Assembly (NCBI RefSeq): GCF_032062105.1
Contig: NW_026930161.1
Coordinates: 372,001 to 436,000 of the forward strand
Source of the DNA: Saccostrea cucullata
Taxonomy: Eukaryota
DNA: 64,000 nt
Reading direction: 5' to 3'
Positions 30,546 through 45,448 of this stretch are shown one piece after another (within the stretch, counting starts at the first letter, position 1; the number at the start of each line of letters is the position of its first letter). The position numbers and the translations under genes are program-made. The notes below the pieces were generated by a model, which was not told where the DNA came from, ran no database searches, and worked only from the letters and a program-made list of their open reading frames with translations.

Positions 30546-32093
30546 TGCATGCTTTGAACCAAATTTAAGTTGCTCTTATGAAGTTACACCCTTTATATCT
30601 AATATCACTGATATAGTTCAGTTAACTGAATTAAGTCAACTTCAAATATTCTAAAAGTTAAACGACCAAAGTTTCCTCTCTTTGACTACAATTCCACATT
30701 TTCAAATGTACCTGTGGTCTATGCTTTACAGGAACAACCATAGGAGAGTAATCTTTCCTTTGTGTTTCTCTGTCATGCATTTTCTTCCAAAGGTAAATGA
30801 GGCATGGAAAAAAAGAGCTTTTATTGGTTTCCTGTATCTATTAGACGAAGCATCTTATGTCTCTACTTAGGTTTTAATTGCAAAATCCAAAGAAAAATCT
30901 CGATAACCAAGAGACAAAGAGTAGCCTCTCCTTAGCCATCATAATCAAATGCATGCTCTCGAAAGTATGCATTATGTGTTTCTCTTCTTTTTTCAAAAAT
31001 AATGTTTGAACTTTTGCCCAAGATTGGATTCATTGTCGACGTGAGTTCTATGGTTATATTGAATTGATGTGGTTGAGTACATGCGTTGAATGACTGTGAA
31101 CATTGTAGTTTAATTTTGTTCAATAAATGTTAATGTTTTAATTGTTTTAAGTAAATGTATAAATTATTATTTTGAAATGGTCTGCCTTTAGTACATTCCA
31201 AACCTAGGAATTTGTTTTAACGAGATCAGTACTGTTGTAAACCTATTAGGAGCATTTAGTTGCCTTTTTTCATCCTGAATGATTTCATTTTATTTCTTAT
31301 CACATACTATTTAAACAAAAACAGATTACCAACAAAGACAAAGAGAAGAGTAGTACACAGTAAATTTAGACAAAATGTGTAGATGAAGTAAAATTATTGA
31401 AGATATTGAATTTATTGGTAAAAAGTATTTAGTGACGTATCAATTTTATGGTATTGACGTAAGCATTGTAGTCTCCTGACTTTGCTAAACCATTGGCTTT
31501 ATTTGTTCAAATGACGTACTACGAGTACGAGTATCTAATTGCTGATTGCCTTTATCTTTAAGTTGTTACGTTCTGAGCGACCATAAACATTTTAAAGACT
31601 AAATACCAAATCATTAAAGTATCCATTTTTGTATTAAATTTGTTCAATAAACTGCCTTTGTTATTTCTAAAAGTATTATGCCATAATTTTGAATTTGCAC
31701 TTCATATTGTTGATCTATAATATATACAGTCGGGTCGATCAGAATACGTCATTCCAAATATGAAGTCCTAACCAGAGTCTGGAAAGAAAAGAAAATTTAC
31801 AATACTGTAAATGAAGCAAATGAATGCAATTAAACATGAATTTGAAAAATATTCATTTAAAGTAGATGGGAAAAAAACTTTTCAGTGGTAAAGTAAAGAA
31901 TTGGATACAGCTGTGACAGTAATGCTGTGAATTTGATAAAAAGTAATGACTTCTAATAAATTACAATGATAAATACCTTCATAATATTCTCTTCAATTTC
32001 TTCTACAGATAATAACTCATTGATTGTAAATTTGAATACGTGTTCTTCGCAGGGACCGGAAACGTGTATTATACTATATTTGATTTCACTATA

Positions 32094-32918
32094 TACGAGG
32101 GGTGATCAAAAAGTTAGTAAACTAATTGAATAACTTCGATAAAAGAAATGATATAGGGTTTCACTGTAGATTTTTTTATGTAGTCCTGCAAATTACTTTT
32201 CATAAGAAAAACAGTCTATTTGTCAGAAATGACCAAATCTTGGCAATAGTAGAGGTGGATAAGGATATCATTTTCAAGAATGATCATTGTGACCATCATA
32301 ACCTGAGTCACTTGTCTTTGGAGGGTCTTTTATTCGATGTTGGTAAAGTATGGGTTCCTCCTTTTCATCATATCTGATATCTTTAAAGTCTAAAGTGAAC
32401 GATATTTAGGGATCTATTGATTATTTTATTGTTAAAGATATTCAACTATTTTTCTAACTGTAAGTTTGCAAATTCTTAACAAAGGACACATCTCTTTCTC
32501 ATTTTGCTTTCACTGGGCAATAGAACAAACATCATTTTTAAACATCTCCCGTCCTTCACTTATACAATCAATCCAATTAATGACTTGACTTCTTGCAAGT
32601 CATTTGTCTTCATAAACCATGTACAAATTTTTATGTACTACTGCAAAGGAATTTCCTAGATATACGTTTAATTTTACGGTCCTTCGTTGCTCGAGTACGA
32701 CTGAGTCAACCATTTTTTTTGTCACAAGTGATCTACATATTGACGTCATTTTCACACTGTAACATCACATACATGGCGCAAAACATTTTATTACATAAGC
32801 TATTTATAGAACATGTATATGACTAGAGCTATGAGTGCCAAATTTAATTCTGATCTGAATTGTGGTTTTGTAAATATAGAGATAGTTCGCGAACTTTTTG
32901 ATCACCCCTGGCCTCGCA
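32094..32918. mobile_element. Mariner-derived MITE (TACGAGGGGTGATCAAAAAGTT TIR); further end fragments at ~33240-33860
   Basis: TIRs at both ends; body shared with 20820-21050 and 33340-33860. Confidence 0.7.
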
Positions 32919-35900
32919 TATAGTGATTACATAAAATCAAATATAGTATGCTACCGGCCCCTATGATGTTCCTCATGCTAAAATTTAAAACTAATAAAAA
33001 TCGGGTGCAGGGAATGACGCAACAGGCTAGTTCGTACACAGAACCACTTCCATACTAGTACACGTATGTTAGATGTCATGATCTAATTTCCAGCGTATAG
33101 ATCTATACAAATGGCTTGAATGAATTTTTGTGATCATCATTTGTTAATCGTCAATCTATTTGTCACTTTTTAACTTTTTACACCGTCGCCCTCTCAAGAA
33201 TAAGTGGGCCAGTTTCAAACAAACTTGACGGTGAACGTCCGAGGGGTGGTCAAAAAGTTGATGAACAATCTCTTTTGACGAGTAACCGGGGACCGAAGAT
33301 AAGCCGTATTGAGACTTGTCCATTACAAGACCGCAATTCAAATCAAAATGAAAATTGACACACATATAGTCATACACAAGTTCCATAAGTAAAGTTTTGC
33401 TTCATGATTGTGACATCACGGTGTGAAACGTCAAAGTGCAGGTGATTTGTGACAAAAAATGGTTGACACAGTCTGACTCGTATTTTGACCAGTATTAGTA
33501 GGGATTCAAATTTGTTCAAAGAAGAGCCAAGTCCCGAGGGATGATCAAAAAGTATGCGAATTATCTCTATATCTACAAAACCAAAATTCAGTTCAATATG
33601 AAATTGAGCAAACAAATGGCCATAAACATGTTCTATAAATAGCAGATGTTATGCTATACTTTGTTCCACGTTGATGATGCCACAATTTGTAAATGACATC
33701 AATATATAAATTACTTGAGACATTTGCTTGATCGAGACAAAAAATGGTTGCCTCGATCGTATTCGAGCGCAAGGAACAGATGTAATATGTTAACTTAAAT
33801 CTTAAAAATTGCAGTAGCATATATAATAATAATACTTTGTACAAGGTTTATAAAAAGGACCTGCTAGAAGTTCAACCTTAACAAGTTGATTGTTTCAGTG
33901 AAGGAAAGGAGATGGTTAAAAATTATCTCCGTTCTGGTGCCAAGTGAATTTGATAGACGACAAAAAAAGACAGCAGAGTCGAGTTGTGATGCCCGGTCCC
34001 CATCCCCATTCTAAGAAAAAAATCAGTGTCCTTCTCCACCCATCCTTTTGCTGAGATTTGCCTTACTGATGAAAGATAAGATACCAAACAGTAATCAAGT
34101 TCAGAAGCCTACGGGAACAATACAAAAAGGGAGCAGAGCAAACACAGACCTCTAAAGAAAACGTCAATGTTAAAAAGATACATTGTAATGGAATATTTCT
34201 ACTTAAACATTAGACATGTTTAGGTTAGGTTGCCATTTATGTATTTTTCTAGTAACATATCCAAATTTGAAACAAATGTGTTAGACTCTGTGGTGTCTTT
34301 TATTTTGAACCAAAGGTGATATGTCAGATTAAATAGGAAGTAAAAATGAACTTCAAAGTTTAAAAAATCCTTTCAAGCAGGACCAGTGCGTTGTTGAGAG
34401 TTTTGAGCACTGGTGCTCGGGTTGTGCTATTACGCGTCGAGGTAGGTTGAGAAATTAGAGCATGTCTTCTTAATAAACATGACATTCTTTGTTATGGTGT
34501 TTGCTGTTGCACAAATTCCCATGATTATGATATATTTAAGATATTTATCTTTTAAAAAATTCATATTTCATTTCTATAAAATAAATTCCAACTGACTTAA
34601 AAAGAAAAAACTGGTTAGACAAAATAATATCAGCCCATTATCTTCAGTATGTAGTCGATTAAAGATATATATTATTATCGTAAATTTATGTATTTATGCA
34701 TTTTTAATTGAAAAAAATTCAAAAAGCGATCTGACAATGCCACGTTGCGAAATTCGAGATTGGCAGATCAACTTTATATGGGGTGAAATTACTAACCTGT
34801 GCATCAGCTGTGCAATCTAGATTGTATGCTATGATGCAGCAGGATTTTAGAGATGCAAACATCATTCGTTAATTAGAAAGTATGATCTTCAAACCGATAA
34901 AACATTTTAAATTAAGATTCAAAGACTTTCTAAACAATATTTTTCTAATCCCATGATTGGACATTAACAAAGATTTTGATGAGTCACAGACGAAAACTAT
35001 ATGAAAACAATTTTATGATTAACATGAAAGAGATACCGGAAGATACATTGCTAAAAACTACCATTGATCTGTTGAAAGTTATGTAACTAATGATACCATG
35101 ACAAGACATTTTACTGTTAGATTTAACTTATCGTTCAATTTTTCCAATTTCTATCGTTAAGGGAATAAATGTACACAACTACTAGTTGGATGCTCCCCAT
35201 ATAATAATAACATTCTTTGTTACACTTTAATTTGTAATTTTAAAGTCCGGGTATACTAATCACATATATACAGAGCCTCGTATTCAGCATTTTTAAATGC
35301 ATCTTTTATTTTATTTTCAATATTCACAAAGCTAAGCACTTTATCAATACTACAGAATATAGAGAAAAATCGTCTTTTATCTCTACTGGAAAGGCAAATA
35401 GTCACAGCATGAAAATGTTGAACACATGCATTCAAATTACCAAATAAAACGGAAACTTCGATCGAAGATATAAACATTGATGAATAAATCGGTATTCTAC
35501 TAAAGTATTTTACTGTGCGTGGCTTCAGGGAATATTTACTGGCGGGAACAATTCTTGGAATAGATTATTGTCTGTAGACCTTTGGCAGCAGGAATATCAG
35601 ATCAACTTAAAGTATTTTGAATATTTTCATTATACGTAGCGACTGTGAACTTTCATTGATTTTTTAGAGAAGTCGTATCTTCAGAGGGTTAATGACTTAT
35701 TTGTCTGTGTCTTCGTTTTGAAAGATGTTAACATTTAGTTGATTTGAGTTGGATATTTCTGGACTCCACAGGCAAAAAACTAGCCAATTTTTGGTTAAGT
35801 GTGCATTTTATAAGAAACATTAAGATTATCTGCCTCAAAGCAAAACACAACTTAGGACCAGAGTTATTTCAATACCATTGCATTAAACTGTATCGTGACA

Positions 35901-38691
35901 AATTTGGACAAAAAGAGTTGTAAACATTCGATGAAGTGAGTTACGTCCAAAATCAATAGCAGAAAGGAAAATTCAAAATCTCTTTCACCTGTCGAGGTTT
36001 ACCCAAGACTTTCGGCTGTAGCCAGCATGCTTACGCATGTAAAACTTTTACATATATACCGTGTGTTCATATTTGTGTTTCTTTTTTGATAAAGGTAAAA
36101 GTGTTCTATTGAGGATTTCAGATAGCTTTCCATAGGGTGAAAGGGATTTACGGTTTGAATCGGAGAAACCTTATCTATAAGTCTCTAGCTACATACGGTG
36201 CATGGCGATTTGGGGAGGATACATGTAGCATGCCTTCTAGTTTCTGGTTTCATTTCCTTTTCTCAGCAAAAACAAAATAACTTCACAAACAGAATAAAAT
36301 TTTATCTCTGAAAGGAAAAAGGACAAAAGTTGATGTATTCAAGCATTCTACCGAGGCACAATGGGTAAGAAAACTAAATTTTTCTTTGAAGTTTTCTCTC
36401 TTGAAATTTAAAAGTTATTTGAGCAACTGCCTCCCATTAAAAAATCGTAAATTTTGAAAAGGAAACAAAAAGCGGTGAATGTTTTGTATGCTGATGAACT
36501 CCTTCGCTGTGCCTGAGAATAATGCACTTCTCGTAACCCGCTCAGAAGTGCCCACTTTGATCTTAGTAAGAGAGTGAGAGATATTTACGATAAACGTGTG
36601 ATTATACGTCAAATTTGAATTTAAAATTTTGATGCCATTTTTTGTAAATTATACATTGGAAAGTTTAAGTACCAGTTGGGTCACATCTTTTTTTTTTTTA
36701 GGTTTCTTTATCATTACCTTTCATTAGATTGCAATGATAATTTCATTTCTTCTTTTTTTTTTCCATGGAGTACGTTTGAATTAATATATGCAGCTGAGAA
36801 AGTATGAATGTTAATACCTATTCTGAATTACGATACGTGTATAAAAATATCCTTATTAATGCGGCACATGGGGGAATTGTTATTTAATACATGCAAAAAT
36901 AATTAACCTTTAACTTATGATTAAGAAAAGTACATGATTCTTTCTCTGCATCAATAAAATTTGCCGCATAATAATTGAATTCTCGACATCATGAAATGGA
37001 TATCTGTTGACGAAAAAATAAATATCTGAAACGTTGACTTGAGAAATCACTTAAGATCTTCGCATTAAAAACTGTTCAGAGGTTAACTTTGATTCAATAG
37101 CAAATTTTTGGTTCAGTTTAAGATTAAGAGGGATATTCTTTTAACAAAAGGAAACGTATGACCAAAATAGACAATGTTGATATAAAAATGACTTTCGTGT
37201 GAGCCTACAGCTTAGGAAAAGACAACACTGAACTTTTGTATTTCTTTTCTTGGGTATTTTAAAAAAGAAAACCCAACACACGTTTTTGCAAATAGAATTA
37301 AATCTGGTATGAACCTATTTTTGTGGACGTTTGTGACGGATGAAATAAATCCCCATATGGTAAATTGCGGTGTTCTAATCAGATACAATATTAAAATCCA
37401 AAAGTAGGCTAAGATTTCTCAAGAAATATACGGAGAGTAAGATAGAAAAATAATATCTGTTCCCTTATTATCTGACACTTATCAATGTCTGAGATGATTG
37501 ACATTTGTATATGAATTCCTCTATCTGAGAAGGTAATATTCACACATACAAACGCGATTACAGGCATTTAATTGAGATATTGACAGAGAAGAAGCTTCTC
37601 TCCTTTGATGATGTTGCAATCCAAATAGAGACTTTTATGCCAATTCTGTCCAAGTTTGAAGAAATTCAGACCATAGTATTTATTGTACTGTGCGTTTTTC
37701 ATAAATGTTGTGAGCCGAAGACTTCAAAGACTGGGGAATTCAGTCCATTTTGGAATTAATTTATAGTTTTAAGACTGCTTACATGTCAAAATCCCATTTA
37801 TGAAAAAAATATTTATCACAAAGTAAACAAGTGGAGCCCTGTAATATTTAGGGCTTTTAGTGGATTAAGAAATATACAATGTCGGAAAGTAACTGCTTCC
37901 CATTAGAATTAAGTAAAAACCAGACACCGTGTTCTTAATGTAAAATCTTTCAGATGTTAAATCCATTACATTTTTGATACGAGAAATTCTAGATGAATGT
38001 ATAAATCCAGAATTTATTGAAAGAAGAAATATGCCCATAAAATAATGTAACCCATATGAATCATAAACAAAGCCACAGCTACAAAAATAAACAACAATTT
38101 AAAAAAAAATCATAAACAAAGCTGTAACTAGAAAAATAAACAGTAATATGATAAGAATCATAAACATAGCTGTAACTAAAAAATAATCAAATTTGTAAGA
38201 AGACTTATATCGGTAAAATAACTTTACTATAATTACTACAAAGTGACAAAGAAAACTGTGACTAAATTACAACATACATGTATACTGTAATACTGTAACT
38301 AAAATACCAAACAACATTGTAAGATGACTAGAATCACAGAAATTCTGTTATTAGAATAACAAATATTGTGTTAGGAAGACGAAGATCAGAAACAATATTG
38401 TAATTAGAAGAATCACAAACAGTAGTGTTATTGTGTTAGAAGGGAAAAAATGTAAATCATAAAAATTACTGCAGCAAGAAATAAATAATATTCTACATAC
38501 AGTAGCATTTATGATTCTAGTTACAATACTGTTTTAATTAATTCTAATTTAATATCATTGTTATCTGTATAGTAACAACACTGCTTTGTAGTTTTCATTA
38601 TTTTTAAAATTACCTATAGGTTATTTTTTTCTTGGTTATTGCTTGTATTTCTAGTTACATTATTGTTTGTGTATCTAGTTATAATATTTAT

Positions 38692-39520
38692 ATAATAGTG
38701 TTGCATTATGCATGTACTATGCCTAAATAGTAGGCAGGGTTTGACACATGGTGCACGAGCCCGAGTACTATGTGTCAAACCCTGCCTACTATTTAGGCTG
38801 TTAATGCAACACTATTGTTATTATTATGCTGACTGTTGTAATTATTTATGCGGCAATCCATTTGACTTTTTCCTGAAAATATCGGTGCTAACACAGCGCA
38901 CTTACAAGAACTCATTCAAAATCTTCATGCTAAAATTGGTTGCATGCTTACTTATTTTGGTTACTAGTATTTTCTCTAAATAGGTCGGGATAATCCCAAA
39001 GCAACTCATCTTTATTTTCTGTTTTGTTAGTAAGACTTCGGCCTATTTGTTTGCAGACGTCGATTCTCATTGATAATTTTCTTTTACATCCTTCAATCAA
39101 GCGTCATATAAAAAAGCGTTTTAATGACCCTATGAAATCAGTTCATCTAACGATCTGTATGTAATTAGTTTGAATCTTTGTTGTACACATTAATCTAAGG
39201 TTCCTTAGAATAATATAACTGTTTTCAAATAATATAAGTCTATTTTCTCCTTCTTGTGTCAATTGTATAAATTAAGATTATATACATAATAAAATTCTAT
39301 CAATTGGTTATCGTCTCTGTGGCGTAATCGATAAGGCATCTGACAATCTCATGGTCGTGAGTTCGATCCCCGGCGTGTGCAGTGAAGAATTTTCTTCAAT
39401 AAATTAAGCCGTGCACTATTTCGGCATAGTATGCTTACGTTATATAAATCCTTAGACCACTATGCGAGAATAGTAGGGTAGGGGTTATATAGAGACAAAC
39501 TGACAGGAAGCATAATAATA
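38692..39520. mobile_element. Hairpin-ended non-autonomous element containing a tRNA-like segment
   Basis: Long hairpin 38692-38818; TATTATTATGCT (38819-38830) is the reverse complement of AGCATAATAATA (39509-39520); A/B-box segment at 39313-39381. Confidence 0.7.
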
Positions 39521-40026
39521 TTTGTTATTCTAGTCCAGCTACGGTGTTGTTAGTAGTTCAAGTTACAATAGCGGTTTAAATTTTAGTTTTTAGAGATAAT
39601 ATTCTCTGTGTTTCTAGTCTACCTTAAGTATTATTTGTGTTTCTAGATAAAGTATTGTTTGTAATTCTTATAAAAAGTTCAGTTTTGTATACTCACAGTA
39701 CTGTAAATATCTTCAATATAAATTTTAATGCCATTAAATACTCAACCCCCTCTCTTTCTTTACATAATATCAATAAGGGGTAAGTAAATATTATTGACCT
39801 CTTATTCCCTGTGATCTTTGACCCTGCGGCCTTTATTTCTTGGCAAAGGCTAGATACTAGTATGATGTAATCACTCTCAGCAAACCATATTGATTTACAT
39901 TCATATGAATATTTAATGTCTATTATCAATAATATTTCGCCTTCGTTTCGTAGAATCTGTTGACGTTAACGTTTATTTTATTTTTCTACACGATCAAGGT
40001 CACATTCTTGCTATAAAGCTATCAAA

Positions 40027-40096
<70 letters not shown>
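40027..40096. repeat. Compound microsatellite (AT)n(AG)28
   Basis: Direct reading. Confidence 0.95.
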
Positions 40097-40097
<1 letters not shown>

Positions 40098-42730
40098 AAT
40101 GGTTTAAAATTATTAATCTTACTTAAACTTACATGTATGAGGAACGTAGAAATGTGCATATGGAAAAAAGTAAATAAGCTGATGGAATTAATCATGAGCT
40201 GAATTCATTTATATTGCACTCTATTACTTTATTACGTTATTTAGACTATATATAATTTATATAATTTATAATTTATACCTAGAACAGATGGAACTCGAAT
40301 TAATCGTGTTATGTTTCAAAAATCAATTTATCTTACGCAAATAGTGACATTTATACTGACGGATAGGAACTCCAACGTCAATTTTTGGCTCCCCTTATTA
40401 ATACAGAGCAAAACTGTGTGGATTGGATCAAGCAATAATTTAAAATTATAGCTGAAATATTTTTTTCGCGTACCTATCCATTGTATGAAAAATAAGTAAA
40501 TGTTGTTTTGTCTGATAACCTAAATTTGTATAATGGTAAAAATTCACTTTTACTTTACAAGCGTGTCTTATCTTCTGTATAATGGCTCTTCAGAAGAAAA
40601 GAATATCCCTTTGGTCTATTGACAATAATGGGCTTAAATATACGAATACCTCATTAGCGTGCAGGTAACAATCATACAAATCTTAACTTTCTTTTGAATT
40701 ATGAGGTAAAGTTGTCTGATAAGCTTAGGACATATTGTGGAAATCCCATTAGTTGTCGTAATTAACACAATTAATGGTCTGGATTCACGTTTTAGTCTAG
40801 TTAATTAACACTGTTATCTTGAAAGTTGTCCGAAAGTTCATCGATTACTATTCAATGCATTTTTATCATTATGTGCTTTACCTATTTTAAATTAACTAGG
40901 CAGGCCAAATCTTGACTTTAAAAGAAAAGGCTTCACAATTTTTTCGATCGAATCAGTCCAATAAAATGACGTCACATTATTTTACCAACCGGAGTTACTT
41001 AACTTGGGAGTGAGTGGAGTGCTAGTACATGGCGACAATATGTAAGACTTATGTTCTTTAGAGAACATTTGCTTTGGCAATTTCGAACAATACCTCTTAT
41101 TCAACAGTTTGCCTTTCTTCATAATTCAGCTCTGTAGACTAACGAAATTATGTCATTATTGTATACTCAGCAAAACCACCTTGTGTATAATCTATGTGGA
41201 CTTTAAAACGCTATTGTAAAAACAAAGACCGAAAACTAATAAACAAAGTTCCCATACACAAAAGGCATATTTACTTTACAAACTATGATTACTTTACCCT
41301 TAGACGCTCCCAGCACCTTGAAAGAGAATTATCTGCCCTCTTATGGGTTTTATCACTTCCTAAAATCAAAAGAAAGGGATTCATGGCCTTACATCTGAAT
41401 AAAAGACAAAAGATACTTCAACTTACAAACAGTTATTAGCAAGAAGGAGAAAAGAAAAATGGAGCCAAGGAAATTTCGTCTTTTTGTTCGAAAAAATGCT
41501 TCACCTCATTGTCAATACCTTTGCATATGCATGACACATTGTCTTTAAAACATGTATATTTGCAATTGAAAGTAGTGCCTTGAAATGGCATGGTATCAAC
41601 TTTGTAAAAAAAAAAAAAATACAATGGAAATCTCTCGATAGATAAATTATTTACCAATCAAACATTAACAACCCATCCCTTCTGGATCCACCCCCTAGTC
41701 AATGGGTACATCTAAAGGCGTGCTAAGGAAGCATCTCTAAAACACATTGTGCAACCACAACAATAAAAGCGGTTCTGTGTGCAATTAATGATTTTGAGAA
41801 AATGATCCTTAATGCCGTATCAAATTAATATTAATGTGATGCATTTGGATGATAATGATCTAAGCATTCAAACTCTGCGACCAAAAGCAGATCAAATTTC
41901 CGAGTGCATCAGGAACACCATTATTTTAGTGTTGTATTATTTATAGATCTTAATCAGAACTGAACAACTTTAGATAAATGCTGTAAATGACTTGTTCTTA
42001 ATGTCATCCATGCGAAATAGTAGAGCCCATTGTGAAGAAGAAATGTAAAGAAGTCAGGTCGGGCGGAGCCAAATCTATTGACGTTTAATAGAGTCCGTTT
42101 TAAAAACTGATTAGTTTAAAACGGAACTTGTATATGTCAGAACAATGGTAGCATAGGTCATTCTACACTTCCCTTATATAATGCATTCCTATCTTTTTCT
42201 TTGTTCAAACCTTTAAAATTACTTTAAATAAACAAAATAGATTCAGTTCAAATTAGACTTCGGATCGTGAGTGCATAAGAAGTTCGCTGGATAAGCACTC
42301 TTTGATCTTTCTTTTTTAACGATGAATTTATACCTTCATTAATAAATTCATCCATATCGAGACATCAGCAGCGAAAAGTCATTGAAAGGGATTTTCTAGT
42401 GCCTGATGGGTTTCCCTTTATAGGCCTGCCTGATCGACGTAGTCTCATCAATAACGTGGCACTCCGCCCTCCGCTGGCTTGTTTACTCTCGCAATGAGTC
42501 GTGTGTATGTACCCACGATGTGTAGAAAAAGACAACAGATGTCCTCTGTCACTTTAGTTTAGAAGATTTTTACAAAGAACGAGCATAATATGAGTACTTC
42601 TTGTGAATAATTTCCATTGTCTGATATATTTAATGAGCAGAATTTTTTTGTGTTTTGCAGTGATAAAATATATGCGATAAATGATTTCATCGCTGAACGG
42701 ACATAATACGTGAAGAACTAACACAGCCAT

Positions 42731-43363
42731 ATGAATAACAAAAATATGAAAATGCCACAAAAACCTCAAATAACGATTGAGCGATCTACAAGTTTGAGAA
42801 ATTATGCTTATAGAAGACCAGATGCAAATACTGAGGAATTTGTAAAGTTCATTACGGAACGACAACCGACAAACTTGCGGCTTCAACGAAAAGTGCCACT
42901 TCCGGAGATTGGAACATCCGGCCTTCGAGATTCCGGATTTTTAGATAAAAACAGTGACACAAGTGACTACGATGATACACTGCTGGATAACGAGATAGCA
43001 TCCGTCTACTGTAATAAGTCCAAAAATTCAAGGAAGGATCTCCATGTACAAGAAGTTTTAACCCTAACGAGAGAACAAACTCGGGATAACTTGTTTAACA
43101 AATCTTTATCCAACGGACTTGCTGATCATCTAAATGGAAATGTGCTTCTGTTTCGACAAACAACAGACATTCGGAAAAGAGGAGGTTTGAATGTGAATCT
43201 TCTCCCCAAAGTAAACCGTCCAGGAAAACAACTTCCTCCAATCGAACAGTTGCATATCCCCGACCGTCCAACAGCTCCCTCCCCGTCCCGTACTCCCCCA
43301 TTTTCTAATTCAGATGGCAGCTTTATTGAAGAGGAACCAGTAGATTATATAGACTCGTCATAA
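42731..43363 (+). CDS. Uncharacterised 210-aa, largely disordered protein, single coding exon
   Basis: 633-nt ORF, GC-richer than the flanks. A strong acceptor (TTTTTTTGTGTTTTGCAG ending 42660) 70 nt upstream suggests a 5'UTR intron. Confidence 0.8.
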   Translation: MNNKNMKMPQKPQITIERSTSLRNYAYRRPDANTEEFVKFITERQPTNLRLQRKVPLPEIGTSGLRDSGFLDKNSDTSDYDDTLLDNEIASVYCNKSKNSRKDLHVQEVLTLTREQTRDNLFNKSLSNGLADHLNGNVLLFRQTTDIRKRGGLNVNLLPKVNRPGKQLPPIEQLHIPDRPTAPSPSRTPPFSNSDGSFIEEEPVDYIDSS

Positions 43364-45404
43364 AAAATGACAAAAATTCGTTTGAAATAATCAAAATCAA
43401 GAGAAATACTTTCGTTGATATTTGAAAAACACTAATGTACGAGTTTTTGCTTCATAGTACAACGGGTTGTAATGAATGTGAAAAAAAGTAACAAAAATGT
43501 ACGTATACCTGTGATAAAAACCGGTTTTTGATTTTAAAGACGTTTTCTAGGTGCTGAACGTTTATAGATATCTGTGATTTATTTTAGTGATATTTTTTTT
43601 TGTTTTATAGATTTTTTATGTTATTTTGAATTTCTTTTAGAATATGTTCTTTGCGTTCAAGAAGAAAATTTTGAAGCATACATAATCATAGAATTTCATC
43701 CAATTTTTCAACAAATAATTTGAAAGGGTTACTTTCAACTGTTTTAAACAGTAAATGTTATAGACATGTATAGATCAAATTTATATGTTACTATATCGAC
43801 TTCCAATTTATATTACTTCATTAGAGATATTTCATGAAGACATTTTTTCATGTTTATAAACAATATTCTCAGGGAATTATCATCTTCATCACATAAAAAA
43901 GAATTCAGTATGTTTATCTAATAAAATTCTGAAAATCATTCAAGGATTCCGTGCTTGATTTCTCTCAAGTGAAGGCTAAACTGCCCGAATATTTTTGTTA
44001 TGGAATGGAATTTAATGTATCATATACTGGGGTATGTGGATTTCAAGAGGCCATAATGACCGACATTGAACCTCTCCAATAAACAATGAACCGCATATTA
44101 AGTGGTCAGAGTTCCAAGATGTCAGATGCTCCATAATGAAAGATAGGTTTAAGCAAACAAAAACATTGGGACATGTTGACAGACCGTTTCTCGTGACCGA
44201 TCACAAAGTCTCCAAATTAACTTCCATTATATGTTTGATTGGGACACTTGACATTGCCAGATTTGTTATTGGTTCAATCCACGTTGTAAACAAAAGATCG
44301 TCGCATGACTACATGGACATTTTATATGTACAATGTACACCGGAAATTGCTCTTCTTCCATTTGGCACCGGTGATACTCTCGCAAAAACATTTACCCACT
44401 TCATTAAGATGTGGATCAAGTCAAAAATGTGCCCCAACATGTAAAGCTTTATTCATTATAGAGTTATAGTTTATATGTGTGGCATGCAGACGCTTGAGCC
44501 ACACTTAGATATTATTAATAGAAACCTTAGCAATTTTTACTGTGATTTTTTTTTTTACGTTTGTGAGTTATTTTAAAAGTGTTAATTATACATCCATGTC
44601 TGAAATCCTGAACTGGTTCATACTGATTGGTTCATAAATGACGAAACCTTTGATGTTGAGATCAATGCTCAATTTAAAAAAAAATATGTGATTTAAAAAA
44701 GTTAAATTTTTCATTTATGTTAACAAAAATGTACCAAAATATTAAAACAACAAACATAAAAGCTATTTTGCTTGAACAATGCCAAATCACTATGAAGTCG
44801 CGACAGATAGGGAATAAATTACTGTATCATTGTCACTACACTGAGCAAACACATGATCGGTTTATAGCAGGATCAAATGACTCCTCTGTACCCTAAAACA
44901 TACCCCTGTTATTGTGTAGTTCAAACACCACATTTTCAGCTTAACCTTTTGTCCGACGTTAAGTTGCTTTTGTGATTTTATTTTTAGCATCGATTCTCTG
45001 ATGTTTGACCTTAGGAATAAGCTACCTTAAGATTGGTCAACACAATAATGGGAATCGTGTTTCAAATTTTATCTATATTTCAATCATGAAGTTAAGATGA
45101 GTAGACCTTTCTTTGACAGGAAACTAATCTTGCTGGCCCGGCTGATATACTAGTATTTTCCCAATGAAATTTATTAGATATATTTCGAGAAAATTGTCTT
45201 TACATTAAGGTGATCGATATGTGATTGTACATAGAAAATTAATTAAATTATTAAACAGGTTAAGAAAAAATGGAGGGTTATTTATTATTATAACACTTAA
45301 CCTCCTAAATAGTCCAAGAACAGGGGGATTCGAACCAACAGGCTCAGCGCTTTAAAAATACAACTTGACTTTAGATGAATATTGGGGATTTCGTACCTTT
45401 TGAG

Positions 45405-45407
<3 letters not shown>

Positions 45408-45444
<37 letters not shown>
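45408..45444. repeat. (TC)n microsatellite
   Basis: Direct reading. Confidence 0.95.

Positions 45445-45448
<4 letters not shown>

Noticed and set aside
44136-44444. 102-aa ORF
   Set aside because: No recognisable motif or convincing splice context; cannot be supported.
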